Positions 47,983 through 56,650 of a stretch of 64,000 bases of DNA are shown one piece after another (the stretch's first letter is position 1; the number at the start of each line of letters is the position of its first letter). Made by a program: the position numbers and the translations under genes. The notes beneath the pieces were generated by a model. The model was given only the letters and a program-made list of their open reading frames with translations, was not told where the DNA came from and did no database searches. The stretch is taken from NCBI GenBank assembly GCA_963792575.1, contig CAWBWZ010000020.1:935788-999787 (forward strand), written 5' to 3'. The stretch comes from an uncultured Acidobacteriota bacterium (GTDB taxonomy: Bacteria > Acidobacteriota > Thermoanaerobaculia > Multivoradales > UBA5704).

Positions 47983-49900
47983 ACCCTCCCCTTGTCGTTG
48001 GACGCCACGTCGTTCTCCGCCGCACCCGCTCCCTGATCTTCGCCGGCCACCGGCTCGCGGCGGCGCACGTCGAGGTCGATCCGCACCAGCCCCTGGATCG
48101 GCACGGCCATGGTCTCCCGCTTCTCCTGCACGACGGCGGAGCGCAGGGCGACCGCGCTCCCCGAGGCCGCGGCCCCCCAGAGCGAGCGCACGGAGCCCGG
48201 CAGCCGGGGCATCGCCTCGCCGGCCACGGAAAGACCCGCTCCGCTGTAGACCCCCAGCACGATCAGGTCGCGCCGCGAGTGGAACGAGCGCAGCAGGCTC
48301 GAGCGCCTGCGGGAAGCTGACCGGCTCGGCCGGCTCGAGCGACAGGCGGGCGGCGTCGACGCTCGCGCCGTCTCCCACCAGCAGCGAATAGCGGCCGGCC
48401 GGCAGATCCCCGGGGAGGTCAAGCGGCATCGAGTGGCGGAAGCGGTCGCCGCGATAGGGGACGAAGTCCAGGTTCAGCATCACGCGGTCGCCGGGGCGGA
48501 CCACAGTGCGGCTGGCGTTGGCGCCCACCAGGCTGGCGAACACCGGCTGATCGGTCTGCGCGAGGTCGACCTCGACGCTCTCGACGTCGACCTTCTCCAG
48601 CGGGTTCTGGGAGATGTAGGAGACGATCGCCAGCAGGAAGCTCGAGGCCTCGCTCACCGCGGTGTTGCCGTCGAAGCTCTGGCGCACCACCAGGTCGCCG
48701 TAGCCGCGGAGGCCGAGACGGGCCGTCAGATCGAGGCTCTGGGAGCCGGTCGTGTAGCTGGCGGCCTCCAGTCCGGCGACCACGCCGCTGCCCACCAGCA
48801 GCGGCACGAAGTCCGGGAGCGCCGCGAGCCGCATCCGGTACTCGCGCGGGCGCTCGCTCTTGACCCTCAGCACCATCGGGATCATCGGCGCCTCGGCGCC
48901 GATCCGCCCCTGGATGCCGGTCTTGCGATCCTGCTCGAAGGCGCCGACGATCCTGCCGGAGTTGGAGATCTTGAACGAGCTGTTGGCGTTCGAGAGGACG
49001 GTGACCACCTCGGCGGTCGCCATCGGCACCCGGACCGGACCGAGCCCCAGGAACGGATGGCCGAAGGCGAGGACCTGATCGCCGTAGCGGTCGGTCACCG
49101 TGCCGTTGGCGGCGAGCTGAAAATCGCCATCCATGAGCACCACGTCCACCGCCTTGCCGGGGGTGAGGTCGTCGGACACCGTGCCGGGGGTGGCTTTCCC
49201 TGACGAGGCAACGCTCCCCAGCACCTGCCGCAGCATCCCCTGGGACTTCTCGCCAAAGCCGCTGGCCGTCCACTGGACGGCCGGCGCGGCGCCGTCGGCG
49301 AACCGGGGGAGGAGGCGCGAGAACTGCGTCGCGATCAGATCCTTGGGGAGATGGCCGGTGAGGATGTCCGACAGATTGATCGAGGGGGGCGGCGGCGAGA
49401 CGGGCGATCGGCTTCAGGCCCGAGAGCTGCCGCATCGAGCCGATCGGCGTGATCCCCGCGATCGCCTCGTTGGTGAACGGCCAGCTGAACGCCACCGCGC
49501 CGGCGAGCCGGCCGTCGAGAAACACCGGGCTGCCGCTCATGCCCCCCGCGACCCCGCTCTTCTCCAGCCCCTTGCCGGTCAGGCGGGCGAGAATGTAGCT
49601 GACGTCCGGGCTGACGTTGCGCATGATGCCGATCACCTCGACGTCGAAGCGCTCGGGCTCGGTACCCGAAAAGACCGACAGGCCGTAGCCGCGCTGTCCG
49701 CGCTGGATCTCCGCGAGCGGAATCGTGGGCAGAGCGCTCGCCGGCACGCCCGAGGCGGCGGCGGCACTTTCCACAGGAGCCACAGGGGCCGCGGGAGCCG
49801 CCGGCTCCGCCGCTCGCGAGGCGGCCGGAGCCGCGAGCAGGGCTGCCGCGGCGAGCAGAAACGCCGCCCGGGCCGAGATACCAAACGCTGGGTGCTTCAT
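47979..49900 (-). pseudogene. SpoIVB-like serine peptidase (S55 family), exported, disrupted by frameshifts
   Basis: Signal peptide MKHPAFGISARAAFLLAAAALLAAPAASRA. GYGLSVFSG..FDVEVIG and GGMSGSPVFLDGRLAGAV (48419..49900). Continues as DRYGDQVLAFGHPFLGLGPV... in 47548..49236, with the C-term in 47979..48422. Confidence 0.7.
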
Positions 49901-50529
49901 GCTTGTTCGTCTCCCGTGGATCGACCGAGCTCTTGAATGAGGCGCTCGGAGGGAAATCTTCCTGTTCGTAGAACCACGAGCCCATCCTTTTCTATTGCCA
50001 CCAGCGTCGAGGGGGGCCCGCCCGGGAGCGCGCCGCCGTCCACCACCATCGCGTCCTCGCCGGCGAGCAGCTCCGCGACCCCGGCCGGCTCCAGGATCGG
50101 CGGCTCGCCGCTCCGGTTGGCGCTGGTCGCCGTCAGCCCGTGGCCGATCGCGGCGAGCAGCCCCCGCAACCGGCCGTGATCCGGCACCCGCACGGCCAGG
50201 GTCCGTTCGCCAGCCGAGGCCGGCAGCGGCCGCGCGACCGGCAGGACCGCGGTCAACGGCGCCGGCCAGAAGGCGAAGAGGCGCTTCACTATATTGAGAT
50301 CGGGATCGATCCCCAAGCCGGCGAGCTGCTCACGGCCGGCGATCACCACCGGCAACGCCTTGCCCGCCTCGCGCTCCTTGATCCGATAGATCGTCTCGAC
50401 CCCCGTCCGGTTCCAGGGATCGACTCCCAGGCCATAGCTCGACTCGGTCGGAATCGCCAGCACGCCGCCGCGGGCGAGGAGGTCGCGGAGCGGAGCGACG
50501 GGATCGCCCCAATGCCAGACCCTCACCAC
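49897..50529 (-). CDS. tsaC: L-threonylcarbamoyladenylate synthase (YrdC/TsaC domain)
   Basis: GGVLAIPTESSYGLGVD, KEREAGKALPVVI and TATSANRSGEPP motifs. The ORF is intact. Confidence 0.85.
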   Translation of the reverse strand: MVRVWHWGDPVAPLRDLLARGGVLAIPTESSYGLGVDPWNRTGVETIYRIKEREAGKALPVVIAGREQLAGLGIDPDLNIVKRLFAFWPAPLTAVLPVARPLPASAGERTLAVRVPDHGRLRGLLAAIGHGLTATSANRSGEPPILEPAGVAELLAGEDAMVVDGGALPGGPPSTLVAIEKDGLVVLRTGRFPSERLIQELGRSTGDEQA

Positions 50530-50576
50530 GCCGGCCGATCGTCCACCCGGGCTGAGAACGTTCCTTTTTTTTCGTA

Positions 50577-50810
50577 GGGGAGGGGCTTGTCCCCTCCCTC
50601 GCCCCCAGAGGGGGCGAAATTTATCCAGCCTGGGGTGTCAACCCCAGGTGGGGAGGCACCCCGAATCCAAACCCTGTAAGGGTGGCCGATTCCAACCCGA
50701 TCGGCCACCCCTGCGGGGTTTGGGTTGGTGGGGCCGGCCCACCTGGGGTTGACACCCCAGGCTGGATAAATTCGCCCCTCCGGGGCGAGGGAGGGGACAA
50801 GCCCCTCCCC
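50577..50810. mobile_element. MITE-like palindromic element, copy 2 (234 bp, longer TIRs, interior inverted relative to copy 1)
   Basis: Shares aatttatccagcctggggtgtcaaccccaggtgg at both ends. The interior is the reverse complement of 32061..32150 with a few mismatches. Extra outer arms ggggaggggcttgtcccctccctcgcccc are present. Confidence 0.8.
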
Positions 50811-50890
50811 TACGTTCAGAACGCTTAAATGAACAGTATCAGGGCGAGCCCCGCCCCTACATGAAGCAGCCGGGATCAGAGAGTGCGGGT

Positions 50891-52615
50891 TCACTTTTTC
50901 CTTCGGGCCGAGCCGGCGATCAGCTCCCGGGCATGGGAGAGGGAGGTGTCGGTGATCTTCTTGCCGGCCAGCATGCGGGCCACCTCTTCGACCCGGTCCC
51001 CGGCCTCCAGCTCATCGACCTTCACGCTGGTACGGTCGCCGTCCACCCGCTTGCTGACCTTGAAGTGGAGATCGCCGTAGCTTGCCACCTGCGGCAGATG
51101 CGTCACGGCGAGGATCTGACCGCCCTTGGCGAGGCGCTGGAGCTTGGCGCCCAGGGCGGCGGCCTCGGCGCCGCCGATGCCGGTGTCCACCTCGTCGAAG
51201 ACCAGCGTCGGACGGGCCTTCTCCGCTTCGCCCCGCGAGGCGAGCTGGAGGGCGAGATGGATGCGCGACAGCTCGCCCCCCGAGGCGATGCGGGCGAGCG
51301 GCCGCGGCGGCTCCCCCGGGTTGGGGGCAAAGAGGAAGACGACCTGATCGATCCCCTCGCGGCCGAAGTCGATCTCTTCGTTCTCGATCACCAATAGGCT
51401 CCCGGCCCGGCGGCGCCGTTCGAGCGCCACGGAGAGCCGGGCGCGGGCGAGCCCGAGATCCTTGAGCTCCCCTTCGATCCGCTCGACCAGCGCCCTCCCC
51501 CACTCCTCGCGGCCGCGGGAGAGCTCCAGGGCTCCGTCCCGGTACCGGGCGAGAGCGGCGGCGACCTTCCCTTCGAGCTCGTCACGGTTCTCGTCGTCCC
51601 CTTCGAGCTCGGCGAGCTCGGCCGCGATCTCGGCGCGCCGGGCGAGGACGGCGCCGGAATCCCCGCCATGCTTGCGGCAGAGGCGCTCGATGGTGGCGAG
51701 CCGCTCCTCGACGAAATCGAGCCGGGCCGGATCGGCCTCCAGGCCGTCCAGCCGATGTTGCAGCGAGCGCGCCGTCTCGGTCAGGCGGATGCGCGTCTCC
51801 TCGACCTCCGCCCTCCAGGCCGCGGCAGAGGGCTCCCAGGCCTCGATCTCGGCGAGCAGCGAGCCGGCTTTGCCGATCCGCTCGACCGCCGCTCCCTCCT
51901 CCTCGAAGAGCAGGGCGAAGGCGGTGCCGAGCGCGCGGGTGATCGCCTCGGCGTTGCGCAGGACGTCCCGCTCCGCCTTGAGCTCCGCCTCCTCGCCGGC
52001 GCGCAGCTTGGCGGCGTCGATCTCGGTGGCCTGGAAACGGAGGAGGTCGATCCGCTCGCGGCGCATGCGGTCGTCCCCCGAAAGGTGCTCCAGCCGCTCG
52101 GCGAGGCGCGCGTGCTGCTCGTACGCCTCGGCCACCCGGGCGAGGAGCGGCGCGGCCTCCGGGCCGCCGCTGCGGTCGAGCATGGCGCGCTGGAGGTCCG
52201 GCTCGATCAGTCCCAACTCGTCGCGCTGGCCGTGGATGCGGAGAAGGTAGGGAGCGAGATCGGTCAGCAGCCGCAGCGTGGTCGGCTGATCGTTGACGAA
52301 GACGCGATTGCGGCCGCTGCGGCCGATCTCCCGGCGCACCAGGACCTCGGCGCCCTCCGCCTCCAGCCCGGCCTCCTCCAGCACCGCCCGCCAGCCGTCC
52401 CCCTCGGGCTCGAAGACGCCGGAGACCGTCAGCGCCTCGGCCCCGGTGCGCACCATGTCGGTGCTGGCCCGCGCCCCCGCCAGCAGCGAGAGCGAATCGA
52501 CGACGATCGACTTGCCGGCCCCGGTCTCCCCCGAAAGCACGTTGAACCCCGCCCCGAACTCGACGGCGGCCTCGGCCAGGACGGCCAGATTGCGGACGTG
52601 GATCTCGCGCAGCAC
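50891..52615 (-). CDS. recN: DNA repair protein RecN
   Basis: GTG start. N-terminal Walker A VLSGETGAGKSI, long coiled-coil, and C-terminal SGGELSRIHLAL with LVFDEVDTGIGG. Confidence 0.9.
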   Translation of the reverse strand: MLREIHVRNLAVLAEAAVEFGAGFNVLSGETGAGKSIVVDSLSLLAGARASTDMVRTGAEALTVSGVFEPEGDGWRAVLEEAGLEAEGAEVLVRREIGRSGRNRVFVNDQPTTLRLLTDLAPYLLRIHGQRDELGLIEPDLQRAMLDRSGGPEAAPLLARVAEAYEQHARLAERLEHLSGDDRMRRERIDLLRFQATEIDAAKLRAGEEAELKAERDVLRNAEAITRALGTAFALLFEEEGAAVERIGKAGSLLAEIEAWEPSAAAWRAEVEETRIRLTETARSLQHRLDGLEADPARLDFVEERLATIERLCRKHGGDSGAVLARRAEIAAELAELEGDDENRDELEGKVAAALARYRDGALELSRGREEWGRALVERIEGELKDLGLARARLSVALERRRRAGSLLVIENEEIDFGREGIDQVVFLFAPNPGEPPRPLARIASGGELSRIHLALQLASRGEAEKARPTLVFDEVDTGIGGAEAAALGAKLQRLAKGGQILAVTHLPQVASYGDLHFKVSKRVDGDRTSVKVDELEAGDRVEEVARMLAGKKITDTSLSHARELIAGSARRKK

Positions 52616-52718
52616 GTCAGGAAAGGGGGTCGGCTGGATTCAACGGGCGGTCACGGAATGACGGGTTCTCAGGACCGGGAAAGTCTATCAGAGGAGAACC
52701 GGGCGGAGAGCCTACATG

Positions 52719-52901
52719 TCTCCCTTGACGGTTGGTGCGTCCTGCCCTTCGAATCCTCACCCTCGATCCCTCTCCACTCTGTGGAGAGGGAGGGCCCTTC
52801 GCTCAAGGATATCGCCACATCAGCGGGCCCTCCCTCTCCCCCCGGGAGAGGGACCGAGGGTGAGGATTCGAAGGGCAGATCGCACCCACCATCAAGGGAG
52901 A
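52719..52901. repeat. nested palindromic element (~57-bp outer arms at ~90% match, 15-bp inner arms)
   Basis: Outer arms tctcccttgacggttggtgcgtcctgcccttcgaatcctcaccctcgatccctctcc versus the reverse complement of 52845..52901. Inner arms ggagagggagggccc / gggccctccctctcc. Lies in the divergent recN / 53045 intergenic region. Confidence 0.8.
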
Positions 52902-53044
52902 CGTGTACCCGCCGGTTCCCCCTCCCCCGGTTTCCGTCCCTTCATGGAGGCGGCGCCTTGTGGTACCCTCCGGCCTCTCGCCAACCTGAATCTCGTAGTG
53001 GAGACGGACCCCCGTAGCAAGCCCGTGCCAGTGAGCAGGAAACC

Positions 53045-55702
53045 ATGACCCCGGTCCTCGGCGGCCGGCGGGAGCTGCGGGCGAGCCTGCTCATCGGGCT
53101 CTGCTGCCTGCTGGTCTACAACGCCAACCTGCGGACGATCAGCGCCGGCGACACCTACCCGGCGCGCTACCAGCCGTTCGCGATCTGGCGGTATCACACC
53201 CTCCTTCTCGATCCGATCGCGCCGCTCACCGCCCAGGGGCGAGGCGACGCGGCGTACTGGATGGTGCGCGTGGCCGGCGGCCACACCATCTCGCTCTACC
53301 CCGTGGTGGCCCCGGTGCTCATCGCGCCGCTCTATCTCCCCGCGATCGGCTACCTGCACCTACGGGGTTGGACGGATGCGCGCCTGGACCACATGGCGAA
53401 GGTCATGGAGAAGCTCTCCGCCTCGCTCGTGGCGGCGCTTTCCGCGGCGCTCCTCTACCTGCTTTTGCGGCGCCGGGCGGCGGTGCCGATCGCACTGCTG
53501 CTCACCCTGGCCTATGCCTTCGGCACCACCACCTGGGTGATCGGCAGCCAGGCTCTATGGCAGCACGGGATGGCTGAGCTCCTGGTGATCGGCGCCCTGC
53601 TGCTCCTCACCGGGCCGTGCACCGCGCCGCGGGCGCTGGCCGCGGGGTTGCTGTGCGGGCTCATCGCCGGCAACCGTCCTCCGGATGTCATCCTCGCGGC
53701 GGCGCTGGGCGCTTACGGACTGTTCTGGGCCGGCCGCCGGGCGGCGCTTCTCGCCGCGGCGGCGGCGCTGCCGATGGGCCTGGTGCTGGTCTACAACCTC
53801 GCAGTGGCCGGCCACTTCGCCGGCGGTTACGGGCTGATGGGCAAGCCCGCCGCCTTCCAGTTCGGCCTGCTTTCCGGCCTCGGCGGATTGCTGTTCAGCC
53901 CGACGCGGGGGCTGCTCGTCTTCTCACCCTTCCTGCTCTTCCTCGCCCTGGCCTGGCGGCACCCGCCGCGCGACCGCGGCGAGCGCGGCCTCAGCCTGGC
54001 GATCGGCGCCGGCGTCTTCCTCCAGGTCCTGCTCTATGCCAAGGCCGACTGGCGGGCCGGCTATTCCTGGGGGCCGCGTTACATGACCGACCTCCTGCCC
54101 CTGCTCCTCTGGATGCTGGTGCCGGTGGTCGCCGCGCTGCGCGGCTTCGGCCGAACATGCTTCCTGCTCGCGGTCGGCGCCGCGGTCGCCATCGAGGCCA
54201 TCGGCGCCTTCTGGTACACCGGCGCGACCGACGGCGCGATCTTCGCCGTGGCCAGCGGTCCCCACCAGATGCGGGCCGCGTGGGACTGGCGGAACGCGCC
54301 CTTCATCGCCTCCTTCCAGCATGGCCTCGCGCCGGGGGAGCTGATGATCGAGACGCGCGGCAGTATTGATGCGATAGCGACTGACGCCATCGAGGCCGGC
54401 GGCCGCCCGGTCTCCGCCGTCACCGCCGGCCAGAAGGTCGTCGCCACCGGCTGGGCGCTGGCGGGCCACGCGACGCCCTGGCAGGTGGCGGTCATCATCG
54501 ACAGCCGGCAGCCCGTCGCCTCCCGCGTCTTCTTCGACCGGCCCGACGTCCGCGGTGCGCTGCGCGAGGCGAGCCCCGCCGGCTGGCGCATCCCGCTCGA
54601 CACGGCCGGCCTCGCTCCCGGCGAGCACGATCTGACCGCCTTCGCCTGGGCCTCCGAGAAGGGGGAGGGAGCTTACCTGGAGAAGCGCAAGCTGACCGTG
54701 CGGACGGCACCGGCCGCCGGCAAGGACCTCGACGAGGGCTTCAGGACGGCGGCGGCGCGGCTTCGCGCGCACCAGCAGGGGCCGGGTTACTGGCTCACCG
54801 CCTACACCTCCGCGACGCGCTTCCAGGAGCCGCGTCAGGAGATGAACACCTACCTCACCGCCCTCCTGATCGACCTGCTCGATCCGCTGGCGGCCACCGG
54901 CGGTCTCGGCGACAACCTGCGGCGCGCCCGCCGGCACCTCACCGCCCAGATTGAGGCCGGCGGACTGGTGCGCTACCACGGCCTGCCAGACGCTCCTGGC
55001 ATCGGCACCCTGGGGTGCGCCATCACACCCGACACCGACGACACGGCGCTCGTCTGGAGGCTCGCTCCCGACCCCGACCGCCGGCGGCTGCCGGCCGCCC
55101 TGGCGACGATCGACCAATATCGCACCCCCGAGGGGCTCTACCGCACCTGGCTCGCGCCGCGCGAGGCCTATCAGTGCCTCGATCCGGGCGGCGATCCGAA
55201 CCCTGCCGACATCGCCATCCAGATGCACCTGCTGCTGCTGCTCGCCGAGGTGCGGCCGCCGGCCGGGCATGCGCTTTGCGAAGCTCTCCGCCCTGTTGTC
55301 GATCAGGATCGGGTCTGGGTCTACTATCGCATGGCGCCGCTGGTCCCGATCCTGCGCCGGACCGACCTCCGGCGCGCCGGCTGCGAGTTGGAGCTGCCCG
55401 AGTCGCGGATGCGAACGCCGGTGCCTGGCCAGGAGATCTGGGTGTCCCTCGTCCGGCTCCTGGGGCGCGCGCTGCCGCCCCCCGGAGGCCCACCGGCCGA
55501 CACGGCGGAGATCCAGGCGGTCCTGCGCCAGCTTGCCAAGGACGACTTCGCCCTTTTGCGAAAGAATCCGCCGCTCCTTTACCACAACGATCTCACCGCG
55601 ACGGTTCCCAGATACTACTGGTCGGAGGACGCCGGCTACGCGCTCTGGCTAAGGCTTTATGACAAACATGCGCACCTCGGTCATCCCCATCTCGACGGCT
55701 AA
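53045..55702 (+). CDS. polytopic membrane protein (GT-C-like glycosyltransferase fold candidate) fused to a beta-sandwich and a QW-motif alpha/alpha-toroid (prenyltransferase/terpene-cyclase-like) domain
   Basis: About 12-13 hydrophobic helices in residues 1-400. Mid domain VVATGWALAG...LTAFAWASEKG. The C-terminal part has QW-like motifs HQQGPGYW, IEAGGLVRYH and YRTPEGLYRTW. The 885-aa ORF is intact. Confidence 0.55.
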   Translation: MTPVLGGRRELRASLLIGLCCLLVYNANLRTISAGDTYPARYQPFAIWRYHTLLLDPIAPLTAQGRGDAAYWMVRVAGGHTISLYPVVAPVLIAPLYLPAIGYLHLRGWTDARLDHMAKVMEKLSASLVAALSAALLYLLLRRRAAVPIALLLTLAYAFGTTTWVIGSQALWQHGMAELLVIGALLLLTGPCTAPRALAAGLLCGLIAGNRPPDVILAAALGAYGLFWAGRRAALLAAAAALPMGLVLVYNLAVAGHFAGGYGLMGKPAAFQFGLLSGLGGLLFSPTRGLLVFSPFLLFLALAWRHPPRDRGERGLSLAIGAGVFLQVLLYAKADWRAGYSWGPRYMTDLLPLLLWMLVPVVAALRGFGRTCFLLAVGAAVAIEAIGAFWYTGATDGAIFAVASGPHQMRAAWDWRNAPFIASFQHGLAPGELMIETRGSIDAIATDAIEAGGRPVSAVTAGQKVVATGWALAGHATPWQVAVIIDSRQPVASRVFFDRPDVRGALREASPAGWRIPLDTAGLAPGEHDLTAFAWASEKGEGAYLEKRKLTVRTAPAAGKDLDEGFRTAAARLRAHQQGPGYWLTAYTSATRFQEPRQEMNTYLTALLIDLLDPLAATGGLGDNLRRARRHLTAQIEAGGLVRYHGLPDAPGIGTLGCAITPDTDDTALVWRLAPDPDRRRLPAALATIDQYRTPEGLYRTWLAPREAYQCLDPGGDPNPADIAIQMHLLLLLAEVRPPAGHALCEALRPVVDQDRVWVYYRMAPLVPILRRTDLRRAGCELELPESRMRTPVPGQEIWVSLVRLLGRALPPPGGPPADTAEIQAVLRQLAKDDFALLRKNPPLLYHNDLTATVPRYYWSEDAGYALWLRLYDKHAHLGHPHLDG

Positions 55703-56567
55703 AGCTGCTGCGGCGCGCTACCTGTCCTGCCTGCGCCCGCAAGAGATCCTCGTTCTCCAGGGCTCGCCCCTGCTCGGCGCCGCCTTCGCGATCCGCCATC
55801 CATCGGCGGAGAACGTGGGGTCGCTGGCGATCCTCATCGTCGCCAACGTCTGCCTGGTGGCGCACATCTTCATGCTCAACGACTGGTCCGGTCTGACCAC
55901 CGACCTCACCGATCCCAACAAGACCGCCAGCGTCTTCACGGCCAGAGGTGTAGGCCGCGAGGAGATCGGCGGCTTGGCGGCCAGCCTGCTGGCCCTGAGT
56001 CTCCTCCTCTTCAGCCGCCTCGGCCCAGGCACCCTCTGGCTGTCCCTGGCCATCGCGACCCTGAGCGCCCTCTACTCCCTGCCCCACTTCAATTGGAAGG
56101 GCAGACCGCTCCTCAGCTCAGCGGCGCATCTGGTTGGCGGCGCCCTCCACTTCCTCCTCGGCTACTCCCTGGGAAACGCCATCGACGGTCGCGGCCTCGC
56201 GATCGCCACCTTCTTCGCCCTGACCTTCGCCGCCGGCCACCTGACCCAGGAGGTCCGCGACCACCAGGGCGACGTCCTCAACGCCATCCAGACCAATGCG
56301 GTGATCTTCGGCCCCCGCCGCACCTTCGCCGCCAGCCTGGCCCTCTTCACCCTGGCCCACGCCCTCCTTCTCCTCCTGGCCCTCCAGGGCATCCTCCCCC
56401 ACCCCCTGGTGGCCCTCGCCGCCCTCTACCCCGTTCACCTGCGCTGGTCGCTCAAGACCCTGGCCGAGGGCCTCACCTACGCGAGCATCCGCCGCCTGCA
56501 GGCACGTTACCAGGCGCTCTACGCCATCATCGGCCTGGCCATGGTGGCGGCCCTGTGGCTTGGCTGA
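55659..56567 (+). CDS. UbiA-family polyprenyl transferase
   Basis: 8-9 TM helices. First Asp-rich motif is degenerate (NDWSGLTTD versus NDxxDxxxD). Second motif is RDHQGD. Overlaps the 3' end of the upstream gene. Confidence 0.7.
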   Translation: MTNMRTSVIPISTAKAAAARYLSCLRPQEILVLQGSPLLGAAFAIRHPSAENVGSLAILIVANVCLVAHIFMLNDWSGLTTDLTDPNKTASVFTARGVGREEIGGLAASLLALSLLLFSRLGPGTLWLSLAIATLSALYSLPHFNWKGRPLLSSAAHLVGGALHFLLGYSLGNAIDGRGLAIATFFALTFAAGHLTQEVRDHQGDVLNAIQTNAVIFGPRRTFAASLALFTLAHALLLLLALQGILPHPLVALAALYPVHLRWSLKTLAEGLTYASIRRLQARYQALYAIIGLAMVAALWLG

Positions 56568-56603
56568 AAATCCATGTCGAAACGTTATTTCAAAACAGAA
56601 GAA

Positions 56604-56621
56604 CGGGGGCCGAAGCCCCCG
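56604..56621. terminator. GC-rich hairpin between convergent genes (terminator for the minus-strand protease gene)
   Basis: cgggggc-cgaa-gcccccg. On the minus strand it is followed by TTCTTCTGTTTTG. Confidence 0.6.
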
Positions 56622-56650
56622 CTCTCGTCACGCTAGAAAGAGATGCCGTT

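Noticed and set aside
53924-55585. 553-aa minus-strand ORF inside the GT-C-like gene
   Set aside because: It is antisense to an intact 885-aa ORF that has TM helices and QW motifs, and its composition is Arg/Gly/Pro-rich.
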